Positions 41,309 through 54,379 of a stretch of 64,000 nucleotides of DNA are shown in pieces. Position 1 is the stretch's first letter; every line of letters begins with the position of its first letter. Origin of the DNA: Octopus vulgaris (lineage: Eukaryota); assembly GCA_951406725.2 (NCBI GenBank), contig OX597824.1, positions 59,768,001 to 59,832,000 on the forward strand, written 5' to 3'. The notes beneath the pieces were generated by a model. That model searched no databases. It saw only the letters and a program-made list of their open reading frames with translations, and had not been told where the DNA came from. A program made the position numbers and the translations under genes.

Positions 41309-41564
41309 TATAAAGTACAAACTAAACTAAATATGAATATCAGAGGAGGTACACCCATACAAGAGTGGGTACATACCCATAATATATAATATACACATAC
41401 ATATGAATACCCATACTCCTATATATATATATACATATACATAATAATATACAGCAATATACATACATTAATATTACCATCATTACTATTACCATTGCCA
41501 CTATTGCTACTAATAATATTATTATCATTATTATTATTATTCCTAGGGTCCATTTCTTCAAGTA

Positions 41565-42409
41565 AAGAAATGTGTGTCTGTCTGTCTGTGTGTTACCCTA
41601 AAACTTGAGAACTAAACAACCAATTTCATTCAAATTTTACACATGCCTTACTTAGGGTCTGGGGAGTGTCATCGGCAAAACAAATTTTTAACTTTTTGCC
41701 TAGGGCGAGCCCACAGCAATATCATATCTTCTCCACTACGATTCCCTAAAACTAGAGAACTACACAACCAATTTCATTCAAATTTTACACATGCCTTACT
41801 TAGGGTCCATGTAGTTTCATGGGCAAAAAAAATGTTCAACTTCTTGCCTAGAGCGAGCCCATAGCAATATCATATCTTCTCCACTATTTCAGTATTACAT
41901 GTTAAAAGTGAAACAAAAATATTTCTCTGTTTTATGTCAGCTGCTTTCACTTTAACAATAAAAATAATAATAACAATTGAATTATATGTAGTAAGTAATA
42001 ATTAAAATCAAACTAAAATATAATATAATCGTAACATACAAAAGTAAAAATAGCAATTAGTATAAAATTGCATCAATGATTTGCACTTGAATAATTGGTT
42101 TCACATGAATGGGAATAAATTAAAAATATAATTAGCGTGCAGAAATGGAATAGTCCAAATGGATAATAAAAAATTAAATTAAAGAAAAGACTATTGTCTA
42201 TAAAGTATACAATGTAGAGAAAAAAGAAGAGCTAACAATTCCAGTCTGTTATATATTTTGAGTATTGTTATCACTAGCGATATCAAGATATAACTTTGTA
42301 TTTTGCATTTTATGTGTAGATGTATATATATATAGATGTACATGTAATATGTACACATATATACATGCACTAGCACTATGACCCGGCAACGACGGGTCTT
42401 TAATGCTAG
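41565..42409 (+). mobile_element. Non-autonomous Helitron-like element with ~150-bp internal duplication
   Basis: (GTCT)n near the 5' end; GACCCG..CGGGTC hairpin and CTAG|T at 42406-42409. Confidence 0.7.
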
Positions 42410-42411
42410 TA

Positions 42412-42442
<31 letters not shown>

Positions 42443-43118
42443 TGAGGGAAAAACTTGGATTTTGTGAATTTTCCGAAGTCCTCACCCCACCCTCCCGTTG
42501 CTTTGCACGCATTTTATTTTTCATATTCATTTCTTACACATTGTTTTACACTCATTCCAGTACTTTTTTGGGGGGAGGGGATTTTCATTTCCGGGTCAAG
42601 ATTTAAACATTAACCAATATTTTTTCTTACTCATATACACAGCTTCACTTGATTGAGATGGTAGTAAAAATTTAAATTCCAATTTTTTTTTTACCACGCA
42701 TATGTTACTTCAGCATCTTGGAATGTGCTAGAAACAACAGCCAAAGCTTCCTTGAATCGTACAACTTTTCCTCTGAAAATATTTACATTTTTTTATTTTT
42801 CCGAAAAAGTTCCTCCCATGGTTTTTAAGTGCAAGAAAATTGACCAAAATCGGTCCGGAGTGAGGTGGGGATTGTAAAAAAATTTTATAAACTTTTTTTT
42901 ATAAAAAGATTACCTTCATCATTTCGAATGCTGTGATGAAATTAAAAATGGGGAAAATCTCCGTAGTTCCAACTTATTTGGTCTTCTTAATCCTCTGCCC
43001 ACCCCCTCGAGAAATTTTTTTCCCATAGATCCTTATATACTCTGAATCCACAGCATCTAAGTGGTATTTGTTGAAAATTTCTGGAAGTTATGAGGCAACA
43101 AAGTCTTAGACCGAGGGG

Positions 43119-43252
43119 GTACACATATGTAGTTATGCCTTAGAGTTAATATTATCAACTAAGCCCCTCCCTTCAAATTTATTGATCAATAATTTTGAAG
43201 AGAGGGGCTTACTTGATAACATTAACTCTAAGGCATAACTACAGATGTGTAC
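43119..43252. repeat. 134-bp spacerless palindrome
   Basis: 67-bp arms centred on TGATCA (43185/43186); 5 mismatches by manual comparison. Confidence 0.92.
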
Positions 43253-43402
43253 ACCCCAATGAGGGTCCCAGCTGAGTAGACTGGAGCAACGTGAAATAAA
43301 GTGTCTAATTAAAGGACACGCATCACTAGGAATTGAACTCACGACCGAATGCCCTAACCACCAAGCCACGTGCCTTCACCAATGCCCTAACAACCAAGCT
43401 AC

Positions 43403-43474
<72 letters not shown>

Positions 43475-43932
43475 TATCATCAATATCTATAAATCTGAAA
43501 TGCGAAAAGTTTGTTTGTCTGGTTTTTGGCATTGGAACGGGTTAAAGGGTACTAGATCCCGTCGGATTGACTCCAAAATTTACAGGGACATGTAAAATAA
43601 GGTGAGGATGTGAGTGGGCTAGGTTAGAAATCCCTATCTTAAAAAGTGTGGTTACTAGGGCAAAAAACGCACACTTTGACAAGTCTTCTCTCATTCTCTT
43701 ATCTGCCTGTCTTCCTCCGTCTCTCTCTCTCTTCCCTCCCTTCCTTTCACTTTCTCTCTAGAACGTCGTTTGACAGCGTCGACTACCTTTCCCTCACCGC
43801 CTTCACTCTTTCGCCCACATCCCCCTCTCTCTCTCTACGTCTGTCTTCATTTATAGAGAGAATTATTATCGCCACCACCACCACACAATCATAAGAACAA
43901 ATATTATGAATCGGATATTTATTGGGTTAATT

Positions 43933-43965
<33 letters not shown>

Positions 43966-44111
43966 TCTATACATATAAATATGTTTATATAATGTATATA
44001 TACAAAGTGTATATACCTGTATATATATATATATATATATACAAAGTGTATATATCTGTATTTTATATATATATATATGTATATATAGTATACATTTGTA
44101 TATATAATGCG

Positions 44112-44141
<30 letters not shown>

Positions 44142-44142
<1 letters not shown>

Positions 44143-44363
44143 CTTTACTACCCACAAGGGGCTAAACACAGAGGGGACAAACAAGGACAGACAAAGGTAT
44201 TAAGTCGACTACATCGACCCCAGTGCGTAACTGGTACTTAATTTATCGACCCCGAAAGGATGAAAGGCAAAGTCGACCTCGGCGGAATTTGAACTTTGAA
44301 CGTAACAACAGACGAAATACGGCTACGAATTTCGCTCGGCGTGCTAACGTTTCTACCAGCTCG

Positions 44364-44365
<2 letters not shown>
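44142..44365 (-). mobile_element. tRNA-derived SINE with GCCTTTCATCCTTTCGGGGTCGATAAATTAAGTACC central domain
   Basis: B box GTTCAAATTCC; related fragments at ~30650, ~33570 and ~39470. Confidence 0.8.
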
Positions 44366-44423
<58 letters not shown>

Positions 44424-45282
44424 GTGTGCATTATGTGGTCGGTTGAGCTGAAAATATGCACACCTATGTTAAAAGTGCTGGCGACTTTGCATGGCAAGTA
44501 TTTTTTTCCTGAAATTAAAGGCGTGACCTCTAGGACAAAATTCCTCATCTTATAAAATGTGGCCCGAGTAGACCCGAATGAAATCGGGTTATATTAACCA
44601 AAATGTGAAAAGGGGTCTAAATGGGGCTGGAAGGGGATTAAAATTTACAGGAGCGGGTGTTTAGGAATTCTCTGTTACATCAAGCTAAAAAATTTGCGCC
44701 AGCCTTTTAATCGTCAATGTGTTGCCGTCCGTCATGAAGAAGTTTTGAATGCCTGCCATGGTGAGTCTACTGTCGCGAGAGAGAATCACTTCAAAACTTG
44801 GTGTTTAGGAATTTTCTTTTACATCAAGTTCAAAATTTTACGCCAGCCATTAAACTGCCACTACGTTGCTGTCCGTCGTTAAGAAATGCCAGCCATAGTG
44901 ACTCTACTATCCTCAGATTCTATCCCTTCAAACTTTGGTTTCCAATTTTTTTTTTTTATTCAGCTCGCAAGGTCGTCTGTCCCTTTTAAATGTTAGTGTT
45001 TTGCTGTCTGCCTTGAAGCAGACTTTTCCGTTGTCACTGCCTGATATTTATGACTGATCTTTCAAAATATTTTCTTTCTCAACTTACTCAAGATCTTTTG
45101 TTGTTTATAAATGGGAGAGAGATACATAGAGAAAGATAGAGAGTAAGAGAAAGCAAGGAAGAGTCTGAGAGAAAGAAAGTGTATGAGAGTGGGAAAGTGA
45201 GAGAGAAAGGAGAGAGAAACAAAGAGGGAGAATGTGGTGATAAACGATAGAAAGGAAGCAACAGAAAGTAACAACCACTATA

Positions 45283-47821
45283 CAAGTATACCTCAGCTTG
45301 AGTCATTTCGATTTAAGTCATTCTCAATTATATGGAAAAATAAAAATCAAGTTGTCATTTTACTGTCTGCCACAAATATTGGAATCGTAAAATCACTAGA
45401 AAACCATTAAAAGCACATAAAATCATGTTACGGTACAATAAATAAGAATAAAAGCATATAAAGTCATATCAAAATACATACAGTAAATGTTTAGATACAC
45501 CGTAAAGTAGTGTAGCTTAGTGAACGAAATCATGAAATTAGATGTGTTTGTCTTATTTATCATTCTTTCAGAGCTCATATTGCATTGTAGTTCCAATATC
45601 TACTGTTAGGCGTCATTGTCACTCATGATTCCTGCTACTGTTTTGAACTCAGATTTGTTTGCATCTGCTTATCAGCTACTTTCTCATTCATTTGTGACTT
45701 TATTTTTTGCCACTATGACTCCTAAGAAAATTCATAGTGAAAATGCAAAGTGTCGCTGGAAGATAAACTGGCTGTGATAAAATGCCGCGAGAAAGGTGAA
45801 AAAGTGGTAGGTTTTTGGGGTGAGCCAGAAGACTGTATCGACAATTATACACAATAAGGACAAGATTTTAGCACATATCAAATCTGATGCCCCAGGAATG
45901 AAGAACACTGTCATCAACAAGAAAAGAGGCAAAATCTTTGAAGAAATGAAAAGTCTTCTTTTCTCTTTGGATTGTTAGGTTGAATTGTCAGCATACTACT
46001 ATTAGTCAAGAAATCATTCAAGAGAAAGCATTGTCTTTGTTTGTGGACTGAAGAAAAAATATCAGATGAGAAAGATGTAGAGTTCAAGGCAAGTCAAGGA
46101 TAGTTCATGAGATTTAAGGAGCAAAGAAGTTATCACTCCATTAAGAAGCAAGATGAAAGTGCATCAGCTGATGAACAAGCAGCAGTGGAATTTCTAATGC
46201 ATTAAAGAAAGTCATTGAAGAAAACCGGTTTCTTCCCAAACAGATTTTTAATGTAGACAAAACTGGATTGTATTGGAAAAAATTGCCAGACTGTTCATTC
46301 ATTTCCAAGGAGGAGAAAACTATTCCAGGCTACAAGGTCTCAAAAGAATATGTGACCATTATGTTGGGAGGTAATTGTGCAGGAGATTTTAAGTTAAAGC
46401 CATTGCTTGTGTATCATGCACACAGCCTTTGTGCCCTGAAAAAACATACCCAAGGTATAACTCCCTGTTATATGGATGGCTAATTCAAAAGCATTGTTTA
46501 CTGTTCTTGTTTTTGAAGATTGGTTCTTCAATTATTTTATCCCAGTAGCAGAGAAGTACTGTAAGGAGAAGAGGATTCCTTGGTTTTACTTATCTTAGAT
46601 AATACTCCTGGACACCTGTAAAACATTGTAGATTTTGACCCTAATGCTACTGTTGTATACCTCATTCAAACACCACATCTCTTCTGCAGCCAATGGATCA
46701 AGGAATAATTGCTATCTTCAAGCATTTGCTATATGAAGCATACTCTGTGGCAAGCAATAGCTGTAACTGATCTTGATGAGTCCATCACACTTCATGACTT
46801 TTAGAAGAGATACGATATCTACAAGGCTGTACAGAAATAGCAGTGGCAAGGAATGACGTACAGAGTATGGCCAGGAATAGTATATGGAAGAAGCTATGCC
46901 CACAATTCATGAATGATTTTAAGGAGTTTGGTAATGTTGCCATCAACAAAACATTGGTGATTATGAGCAAAGAACTGGAAATGGATTTGGAGGAGGAAGA
47001 TTTCACAGATTTATTTGGAAAAGACAAGCAAACCCTGATGAACGAGGATTTGATAGAGCTTCACAAGCAACAAAATTAAAAAGTGGAAGTCAAACCTGAG
47101 CCACATCACTTAACCATTAAGAAAATACAGCAAGCATTTGCATATATTGAAAAAGGTCTTTCTATGTTCAAGGGTATGGATCCAAATGCTCAACGCTTTT
47201 CTGAAAATTATGGGGGCTTGTCACAAAGCTTTTGCTCCTTTTAATGTAATCCTTGAGGAAAAGAAGAAGATAGTTCAAGGAACTCTCAACCGTTTTTTTA
47301 AGTGCACTGAACAAGAACAGCCAAGAGTCAGCTGTTGATGTTGACGATCCACAGCCATCTACTTCCGCAATGTAAACCACCAAATTATATGTACATATTG
47401 GTAAGTTTAAGATAATTTAGTTTGTTTTACTATTGCAAAATAATATATTGCTGAATTTGTTTTTTTTAAGCTTAAAAAAGCTTTTATTTTATAACGTCTT
47501 ATTGCAAACTGCATTCATAAATCAGGCATCTGCAATGTACAGTAAACACTGCCAAATTATATTTGTAAGTTTATATTACCTTTTTTTTTTTTTACTGTAC
47601 TGTATTTTAATAAATAAAATTTACTTTTTTGTTACCTTAAAATAGGTTTTTATTAACCATGTAATACTGAAAATACTTTCATAAATGAAGTACAGAACTG
47701 GGAATGGTTATTATCAGTTTAACCTAGAGACAAGTAAATTCGGCCTAGCCTAAAGACAAGTTAATTCGACTGAAGTCATATTTCTTGGAACTAATTAACG
47801 ACGTAGGGTGAGGTATGCTTG
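45283..47821 (+). mobile_element. Full-length decayed pogo/Tigger transposon
   Basis: TA|CAAGTATACCTCA..TGAGGTATGCTTG|TA; transposase motifs QIFNVDKTGLYWK, LGGNCAGDFKLKPLLVY, LILDNTPGH, LQPMDQGII, with stops. Confidence 0.9.
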
Positions 47822-49585
47822 TATGTGTGTGTGTATATATATATATATGATTTTCACATATTTTCATCTACCAATCCACTCTCAGGGAACTGGTTAGCCT
47901 AGAGCTATAGTAGAAGACACTTGTCCAAGGTGCCACACAGTGGGACTAATCCAGAAATCACATTTTTGCAAAAAGTGCTTCTTAACCACACAGCCATACC
48001 TGTGCTTATTGTAATAGCAGTTTTAAAATTGCATAAAGTGAGAGGTATCATGATTAAATGGAAAAAGATAAAAACCAATGACTCACAGAACGCAATGGTA
48101 GTTGCTTCAGAAAAAATGCTTTCAAGCAAAAGAAAATAGTTTAATACTTACTTTCTTACACACACTCATTAAAAGATTTGTTATAAAAAGTTTCATTGAT
48201 ATAAAAAGCACTGTCAATTTTATGAATAATTTGTAGTATTTTACTGTTAAATAAAAAGTGCTAAGTCTTTAGGTAAGGAATTTATCAATAGTTTCTATCA
48301 TTGTTTTGAATGGCTGCACCATTTTCTGTCATTAATAAAATTGTCAGCATTTTTAATGATACAGATATGCTGGCATGAATGCATGCATGCATGTCTTTAA
48401 CCATTATTGCTTGGATGAGGGCAAAGTGTCATGGAATGAACTCTATGAATACAAAGAGAAACACTTACCACTAGCTGAGAAAATAACTCTAACTTATTCC
48501 AAACCATTCTCTTTCTGACTGCTATGTTTTCAGAACCACCACTCCCACCGCACATTTCAAAGAATCTATTGTACCTGTGCATCTACTACCTATGCTGTTC
48601 ATCTATTTGTGTTCTCACTATACCACTTGTGCAGTTCCAGTTTACATTTAATACAACACAAAATTTCTTCTCTTTTCTTCTTATCAAATCTTGACAATTT
48701 TCCTGATAGTTTTAGGCTCAGGCCTTTATGATTTAATAAAATTTTAACCATTGCTGAGTTTTCTTTAAGGCCTTTCAATTCTAGACTTTACTTTCTTGTC
48801 TGGAATTTTATTCTCCAAATCTTTGACCAACTCTGTAATTCTGTTATTTTCTCTCATCCTTAATCATACCACTCATGCTGTTTGCTCCTTAAGCTCCTTA
48901 CCAAGAGACATCATGTAGCTGTCTATCATTGTTTCTCTTCCTTTACTTTGTCCTTTATCATCTTCCTGCTCTTTCTCTCTTGCTTTCCTATTTCTCTCAC
49001 TCTCCCACTACTACCATTTCTCCTTTATTGTCTCCTCTATCACCCTCCCACCCCAAACACTTTCCTACCTGTATCACTTTCCTACTTCTGTTGCTCTCTT
49101 CCTGTGCTTCTTCCTCTATCACACTCCCACTGCTGATATTTTCTCTCCCCTCCTTTATTTCTTCCTCCATCACCTTCTTGCTCTGATTGTCTTACATAAC
49201 TTTTCTGTCTGCTTGGGACAAAACAGTTGATCTTTCTGTTGCTGCCAAAAGATAAGATAAGTTTCCAGTGTTGGTGAATGAATGAAGAAAATGTAGAGTG
49301 GAAAGAATACTTTAGCCTCGTCAAGAATGAAACAACTTCTCTAGTGCCGGTGTCATGACAAAATGTGCTAAATACTGTTTGTAAAGTGGTTGGCTTCACC
49401 ACTACACATATCTTTTTGTTTACCCAAAAAATGTGTATTTCCAACATGTAATGATGATAACTTTCAGAAATAATGATGATGATCTAATGAATAATAACTT
49501 AAATTTTATTTTATTTCCTCTGAATTGAAATTTTTGTTTTATTTACAGAAATATCCATCAACAAGATATCTACCCAAAAAGTACA

Positions 49586-51100
49586 ATGAACCTAATATGG
49601 TTTAGCCTAATTGTATTCAGCATTTCAGCTGGAGTGAAATATACCAAAGCCGATAATGTCCTGCTACTTTCATGGCCATACTTTAGTCACTTACAGAGCT
49701 TGGCTTATGTTGGGAGTGAGCTAAGCAAATATGGTCACACCAGTTATTTTCCGATGCCAGATAAAATGGCAAAAATGTTTCAGTCATTCAAAGGTGTTGA
49801 ACTTTTGAAGATGAAAGATGATCACAATGTTAACAAATTTTTTGAAACAACCCTCAACTATTTTTTGAGTGGGAACTCTACAATGAAGGATATATTTGAA
49901 ATTATGGATGAAGTCTGTGATAATCTTCTTTTAGATGAAGATTGGTTCCAATATTTGAAGAAGGTAAATGCTTCCATAGCTGTGATAGACTTTGTCTTTA
50001 TGAGTAATTGTTTGGCAATAATTCCTTATAGATTATCCATACCATTTGTGTTTCTAGGTATCAATCCTGGACCACCAATTCTTAGTCGAGATCCCTGGCT
50101 TCCAGCTGTTTTCACTTCCATAGGTTTTCAAGACCCCAACAAAATTACGTTTTTTCAAAGGTTGAAAGGTGCTGTTGGAGCATATTACATGTATTTTGCA
50201 AAGCCAAGGGGCATGCCTTCAAGAAGTGTTAAAGAATACTCTCCAGAGAAACCTGATATTTCATTTCGTAGTCTCTTACACCAGGCAGAATTGTATTTAA
50301 CTGAAACTGATTTTTTACTGAGCCAGCCTCTGCCAGCACTTCCAAATGTTAAATATATTGGTGGCGTGTCAACACGTAAAGCAGCTCCATTAGAAGGTGA
50401 TGTCAAAAAATTTGTCGAAAAATCTAAGAATGGACTCATTGTTGTTTCTTTTGGAAGTATTGTCAGTAAAGTACCAGAAGAACATATACAAAAGATGGAG
50501 ATGGCTTTTAAAGCAATAAAATATGATGTGATTTGGAAATTATCACCTTCAAAGTATTTAGCTCCAAACATTTTTGTAACAAAATGGCTACCGCAAAATG
50601 ATCTTTTGGGTCATCCAAAAACAAAACTCTTTATTACACATTGTGGTAGTAATGGTCAGTTTGAGGCTCTCTACCATGGAGTGCCTATGCTTGGTTTTCC
50701 AGTCTTTGCAGATCAGTTTCACAATGGTCACCGAATGCAAGTAAAGGGATATGGAATCTCGATGGATATGTTTAATTACACTAAAGATGAGCTTGTTTCA
50801 ACCATTAATGAACTGATTGTAAATCCCAAATATAAAAACAAGATTAAACAAGCAAGTGAAATATTCCGTTCTCGTCCAGAAAGTCCTGCAGCTAAAGGTG
50901 CACGCTATATAGACAATGTGATTAAATATGGTGGAAATTACATCAGATCTCCCTTTCAGTCTATGCCGCTTTACCAATTTCTCATGCTGGATATATATGC
51001 TGTGTTTCTGGCTGTAATTATTGTCTCACTGTGTTTGGTAAAATTTGTCATTCAAAAATGTTACCGATGTTGTTGTGTAAAAAAGAAGAAAATGGATTAA
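49586..51100 (+). CDS. UDP-glucuronosyltransferase (GT1/UGT family), 504 aa, single coding exon
   Basis: Signal peptide; N-terminal His in FSH; UGT signature WLPQNDLLGHPKTKLFITHCGSNGQFEALYHGVPMLGFPVFADQ; C-terminal TM helix and KKMD ER-retrieval motif. Splice acceptor TTTACAG ends at 49548; AATAAA at 51101 and 51137. Confidence 0.96.
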   Translation: MNLIWFSLIVFSISAGVKYTKADNVLLLSWPYFSHLQSLAYVGSELSKYGHTSYFPMPDKMAKMFQSFKGVELLKMKDDHNVNKFFETTLNYFLSGNSTMKDIFEIMDEVCDNLLLDEDWFQYLKKVNASIAVIDFVFMSNCLAIIPYRLSIPFVFLGINPGPPILSRDPWLPAVFTSIGFQDPNKITFFQRLKGAVGAYYMYFAKPRGMPSRSVKEYSPEKPDISFRSLLHQAELYLTETDFLLSQPLPALPNVKYIGGVSTRKAAPLEGDVKKFVEKSKNGLIVVSFGSIVSKVPEEHIQKMEMAFKAIKYDVIWKLSPSKYLAPNIFVTKWLPQNDLLGHPKTKLFITHCGSNGQFEALYHGVPMLGFPVFADQFHNGHRMQVKGYGISMDMFNYTKDELVSTINELIVNPKYKNKIKQASEIFRSRPESPAAKGARYIDNVIKYGGNYIRSPFQSMPLYQFLMLDIYAVFLAVIIVSLCLVKFVIQKCYRCCCVKKKKMD

Positions 51101-51395
51101 AATAAAAAATAATTTTACAATTATAAAAACTTTATCAATAAAATAGTAAAATCCTTTTCCTTAAATAATTTTTTTCTTTTGATATTTCAAATTGTATCAC
51201 ATATGGTGAAGTAGAATACCATTGGTTACTGGATTCTAGGGTGATCAAGTCACTGGCCTTCAGCATTTCTGACAGCTACAATGACAAGAGATTATCTCTG
51301 AAACTTGGGCAGAACAAATATTAGTCAGGGGATTTTTATAATTCAAAACCACTATTTTCATTGGTGATGTTTATACTCTCCACTAATCTATATGT

Positions 51396-52480
51396 ATCAT
51401 CATCATCATTCAATGTCCACTTTCCATGCTGGCATGAGTTGGACGGTTTGACATTATCTGGCAAGCCAGAAGGCTGCACCAGGTTCCAATCTGATCAGGC
51501 AAAGTTTCTACATATGGATGCCCTTCCTAACACTAACCACTCTGATAGTGTGGTGGGTGTTTTTTATGTGACACCGGCATGAGGGCCAGTTAGGTGGTGC
51601 TGGCATCAACCACACTTGAATGGTGCTTTTTATGTGCCACTGGCACGGGAGCCAGTCAGGCAGCACTGGCAACAACCACCTTCAAATGGTGCATTTTATG
51701 TGCCACCGGCACTGGGATTGGCCACACTCGAATGGTGCTTTTTACATGCCACCAACATGGGTGCCAATCAGGTGGTGCTGTCATCTGCCACAACAATGAC
51801 TTCTCTTGACTCAACAGGTCTTTGCAAACACAGTTTATTGCCCAATGATTAAAGGGTACTCTTAAATGGGCCAGTTATGCTGCACTGGCATAGGCCATGG
51901 TTACAGTCTCACTTGGCTTGCCAAGTCTTCTCAAGCACAGCATATCTGCAAAGGTCTCGGTCACTTGTCATTGCTTCTGTGAGACCCAACGTTCGAAGAT
52001 CGTGCTTCATGACCTCATCCCAGGTCTTCCCAAGTCTACCTCTTCCACAGGTTCCCTCTACTGCTAGGGTGTGATACATTTTTACACAGCTATCAGCATC
52101 CATACGCAACACATGACCATACCAGCACAGTCGGCTCTCTTGCACACCACATCTGATGCTTCTTATATCCAACTTTTCTCTCAGGGCGATTACACTCTGT
52201 CATGTATGCACACTGACATTACACATCCAGTGGAGTATACTAACTTCATTCTTTACAAGCCTACACATATCCTCAGCAGTCACGGCTCATGTTTCAATGC
52301 CATGTAGCATGGCTGTTCACACATGTGCATCATACAGTCTACCTTTTACTCAGAGCAAGAGGCCCTTTGTCACCAGCAGAGGTGGGAGCTCTCTGAACTT
52401 TACCCAGGCTATTCTTATTCTAGCAGCTGCATTCTTAGAGCATTCACACCTGCTACTGACTTGGTCACCTAGGTAACAGA
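51396..52480 (-). mobile_element. 5'-truncated RTE-clade LINE with 3' UTR and (GAT)n tail
   Basis: FCYLGD..ARIRIAW, RLCWYGHVLRM..GRGRLGKTW; CpG-decayed GCACATAAAAAGCACC repeats. Confidence 0.88.
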
Positions 52481-52582
52481 AACTATGCATATATATATAT
52501 ATATATATAATGGCGGTGCCCCAGCATGGCCACAGCTCGTGAGCTGAAACTAGATAAAATAAAATAAAATATTAAAAAAATA

Positions 52583-52784
52583 TACAAAATAAGAAAATGG
52601 AGGAATATACCTTAATCAATAATCAACTACCAGATAATACCCATTCACATAATTTATTAACCAACTACATAGGAACATCAAGATCAAACACAATAATACA
52701 GAACAAAACAGTACACATCAATGAGTAATATGATACCATAAGTACAATACGTATAAATAAATATGAACTAGATCTTACAGCTGT
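52583..52784 (-). mobile_element. Paralog of 40981-41203, truncated inside the hammerhead
   Basis: Collinear similarity; ends at the ACAGCTGT palindrome. Confidence 0.8.
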
Positions 52785-52823
52785 GTGTATGTGTATATAT
52801 ATATATATATATATATACACATA

Positions 52824-53140
52824 CACAAGGATGAGTCAAAAAGTACTGCCATTTTGTTTAGGACAGGTATAATTACCAACACAGGAACATGTATCATACA
52901 TCAAAATGAAGCTGGTCCTCTGTGGATCACATCCTTACTTCTCAACATAGTCACTGTTTCTCTCAATAGCAATGTTCCACCTCCGAATGAGAGCATGTAT
53001 CCCTGCCCCCTTAAAATTCTGTTGACTGTTCTTTGAGCCAATTCTTCACTACAGTTTTCACTTCCTCGTCACTGGAATGTTTGCCTCTCAAGCCCTCTTT
53101 CATGGGACCGAAGAGATGATAGTCTAAAGGTGCTAAATTA
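52824..53140 (-). mobile_element. Mariner transposase C-terminus and TIR
   Basis: LAPLDYHLFGPMKEGLRGK..DEEVKTVVKNWL..GIHALIRRW..DYVEK*. Confidence 0.82.
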
Positions 53141-53172
53141 TTCCAGTGACAAGGAAGTGAAAACTGTAGTGA

Positions 53173-54379
53173 GGGTTAAACTGTAATTAGGGTTAAATAA
53201 TAGTAATGAAAGTGAACTGTCCTTAAATATTTCCAGTACCGGACACTATCCCCCAGTTGTAATTGTAGGATTAGATCAAAATGTTCGGTATCTGGTCGTT
53301 GTTCGGTCCAAAACGTAATTTATAAATGCATGATAATAACTTCTAGCAATAGCTTTCTTTATTTCGGTTGTTCGGTGGATCTTAAAAGATGACTTAACAA
53401 TCATTTTTCCTCTTTTAGACTCAAACATAAGGCAGGTTGCACAACACTATCTAGCAAAATTTGGGAACTAAATACAAATAATATAGAATTCAACCTAAAA
53501 TGGGATATAGTTAGAAGGGCGCAACCTTATAGAAATAGTAGGGATGGTTGTCAACTTTGTTCTAAGGAAACTTATGAAATTTTGAAACATCAGAGTAATA
53601 CAAATCTGTTGAATAACCGTCTGGAGTTGGGAGGATCTTGTATACATTGTACAACCCGAACGTTTAAATACTTTAAATAATAATTTTGTGAGTATTCCTA
53701 TATTTTTCAAATTTTAATTCTTTATAATCAAATAAGAAGAAATATACCATACTGGCTTTCAATTTAACATTCATAGATGAATAAAAAAAACTTCACTGCA
53801 AACTTGAAATTGAATTCTTTTTCTAAAATTAATCTAGCTTTAAAATTAATAAGGCTTTCCCCCAGTTAAAAAATACTATGCCTACTCATAATAATAAGTG
53901 ATAGCCTTTTTTTTCTCTAAATTACACTCTCTGTGAATGGGATTGGGACCATTTGACATTGACCTAGTTCTCTCATCAAATAGTAGTAATTGGCATTTAG
54001 TAGTGGCAATTGCTGTCTTCAACATGAATTCCTTTTATGGAGTTCTGAAACCCACTTCACCCCATTTCTACAATTAAAAAATCTTTATTGCTTCCAACCT
54101 TACAGCAGTCTGGAATAACCAAATCTTAGTCAGTGAGTGGAGGGACTCCACTATCTCATATGTTCTTAAAATTTAAATCCACATCTTTGTCTATATATCT
54201 ACCTTCTCTAAAATGTTGCACCTTGATTTAAAAAAATTTGTACTAATGGAACAGCTCTATAATTGGCTGATGAGTACACAGCATCCTAAATCTGTTGTAA
54301 TACTTACAACATTTGATAAAATGTAGTACGAAACGATCATATCAAATTACCGGAGTCATTCTTGTTGCTTATTTTGATT

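Larger units (their letters stand above)
39523..43140. mobile_element. Large composite bounded by long imperfect inverted repeats, with nested insertions
   Basis: ~39523-39685 is the approximate reverse complement of ~42995-43140. Confidence 0.55.

Noticed and set aside
53390-53392. In-frame TGA in a PLE endonuclease as possible selenocysteine
   Set aside because: It aligns with the conserved Arg of the other copies, not a Cys; best explained as CGA>TGA decay.
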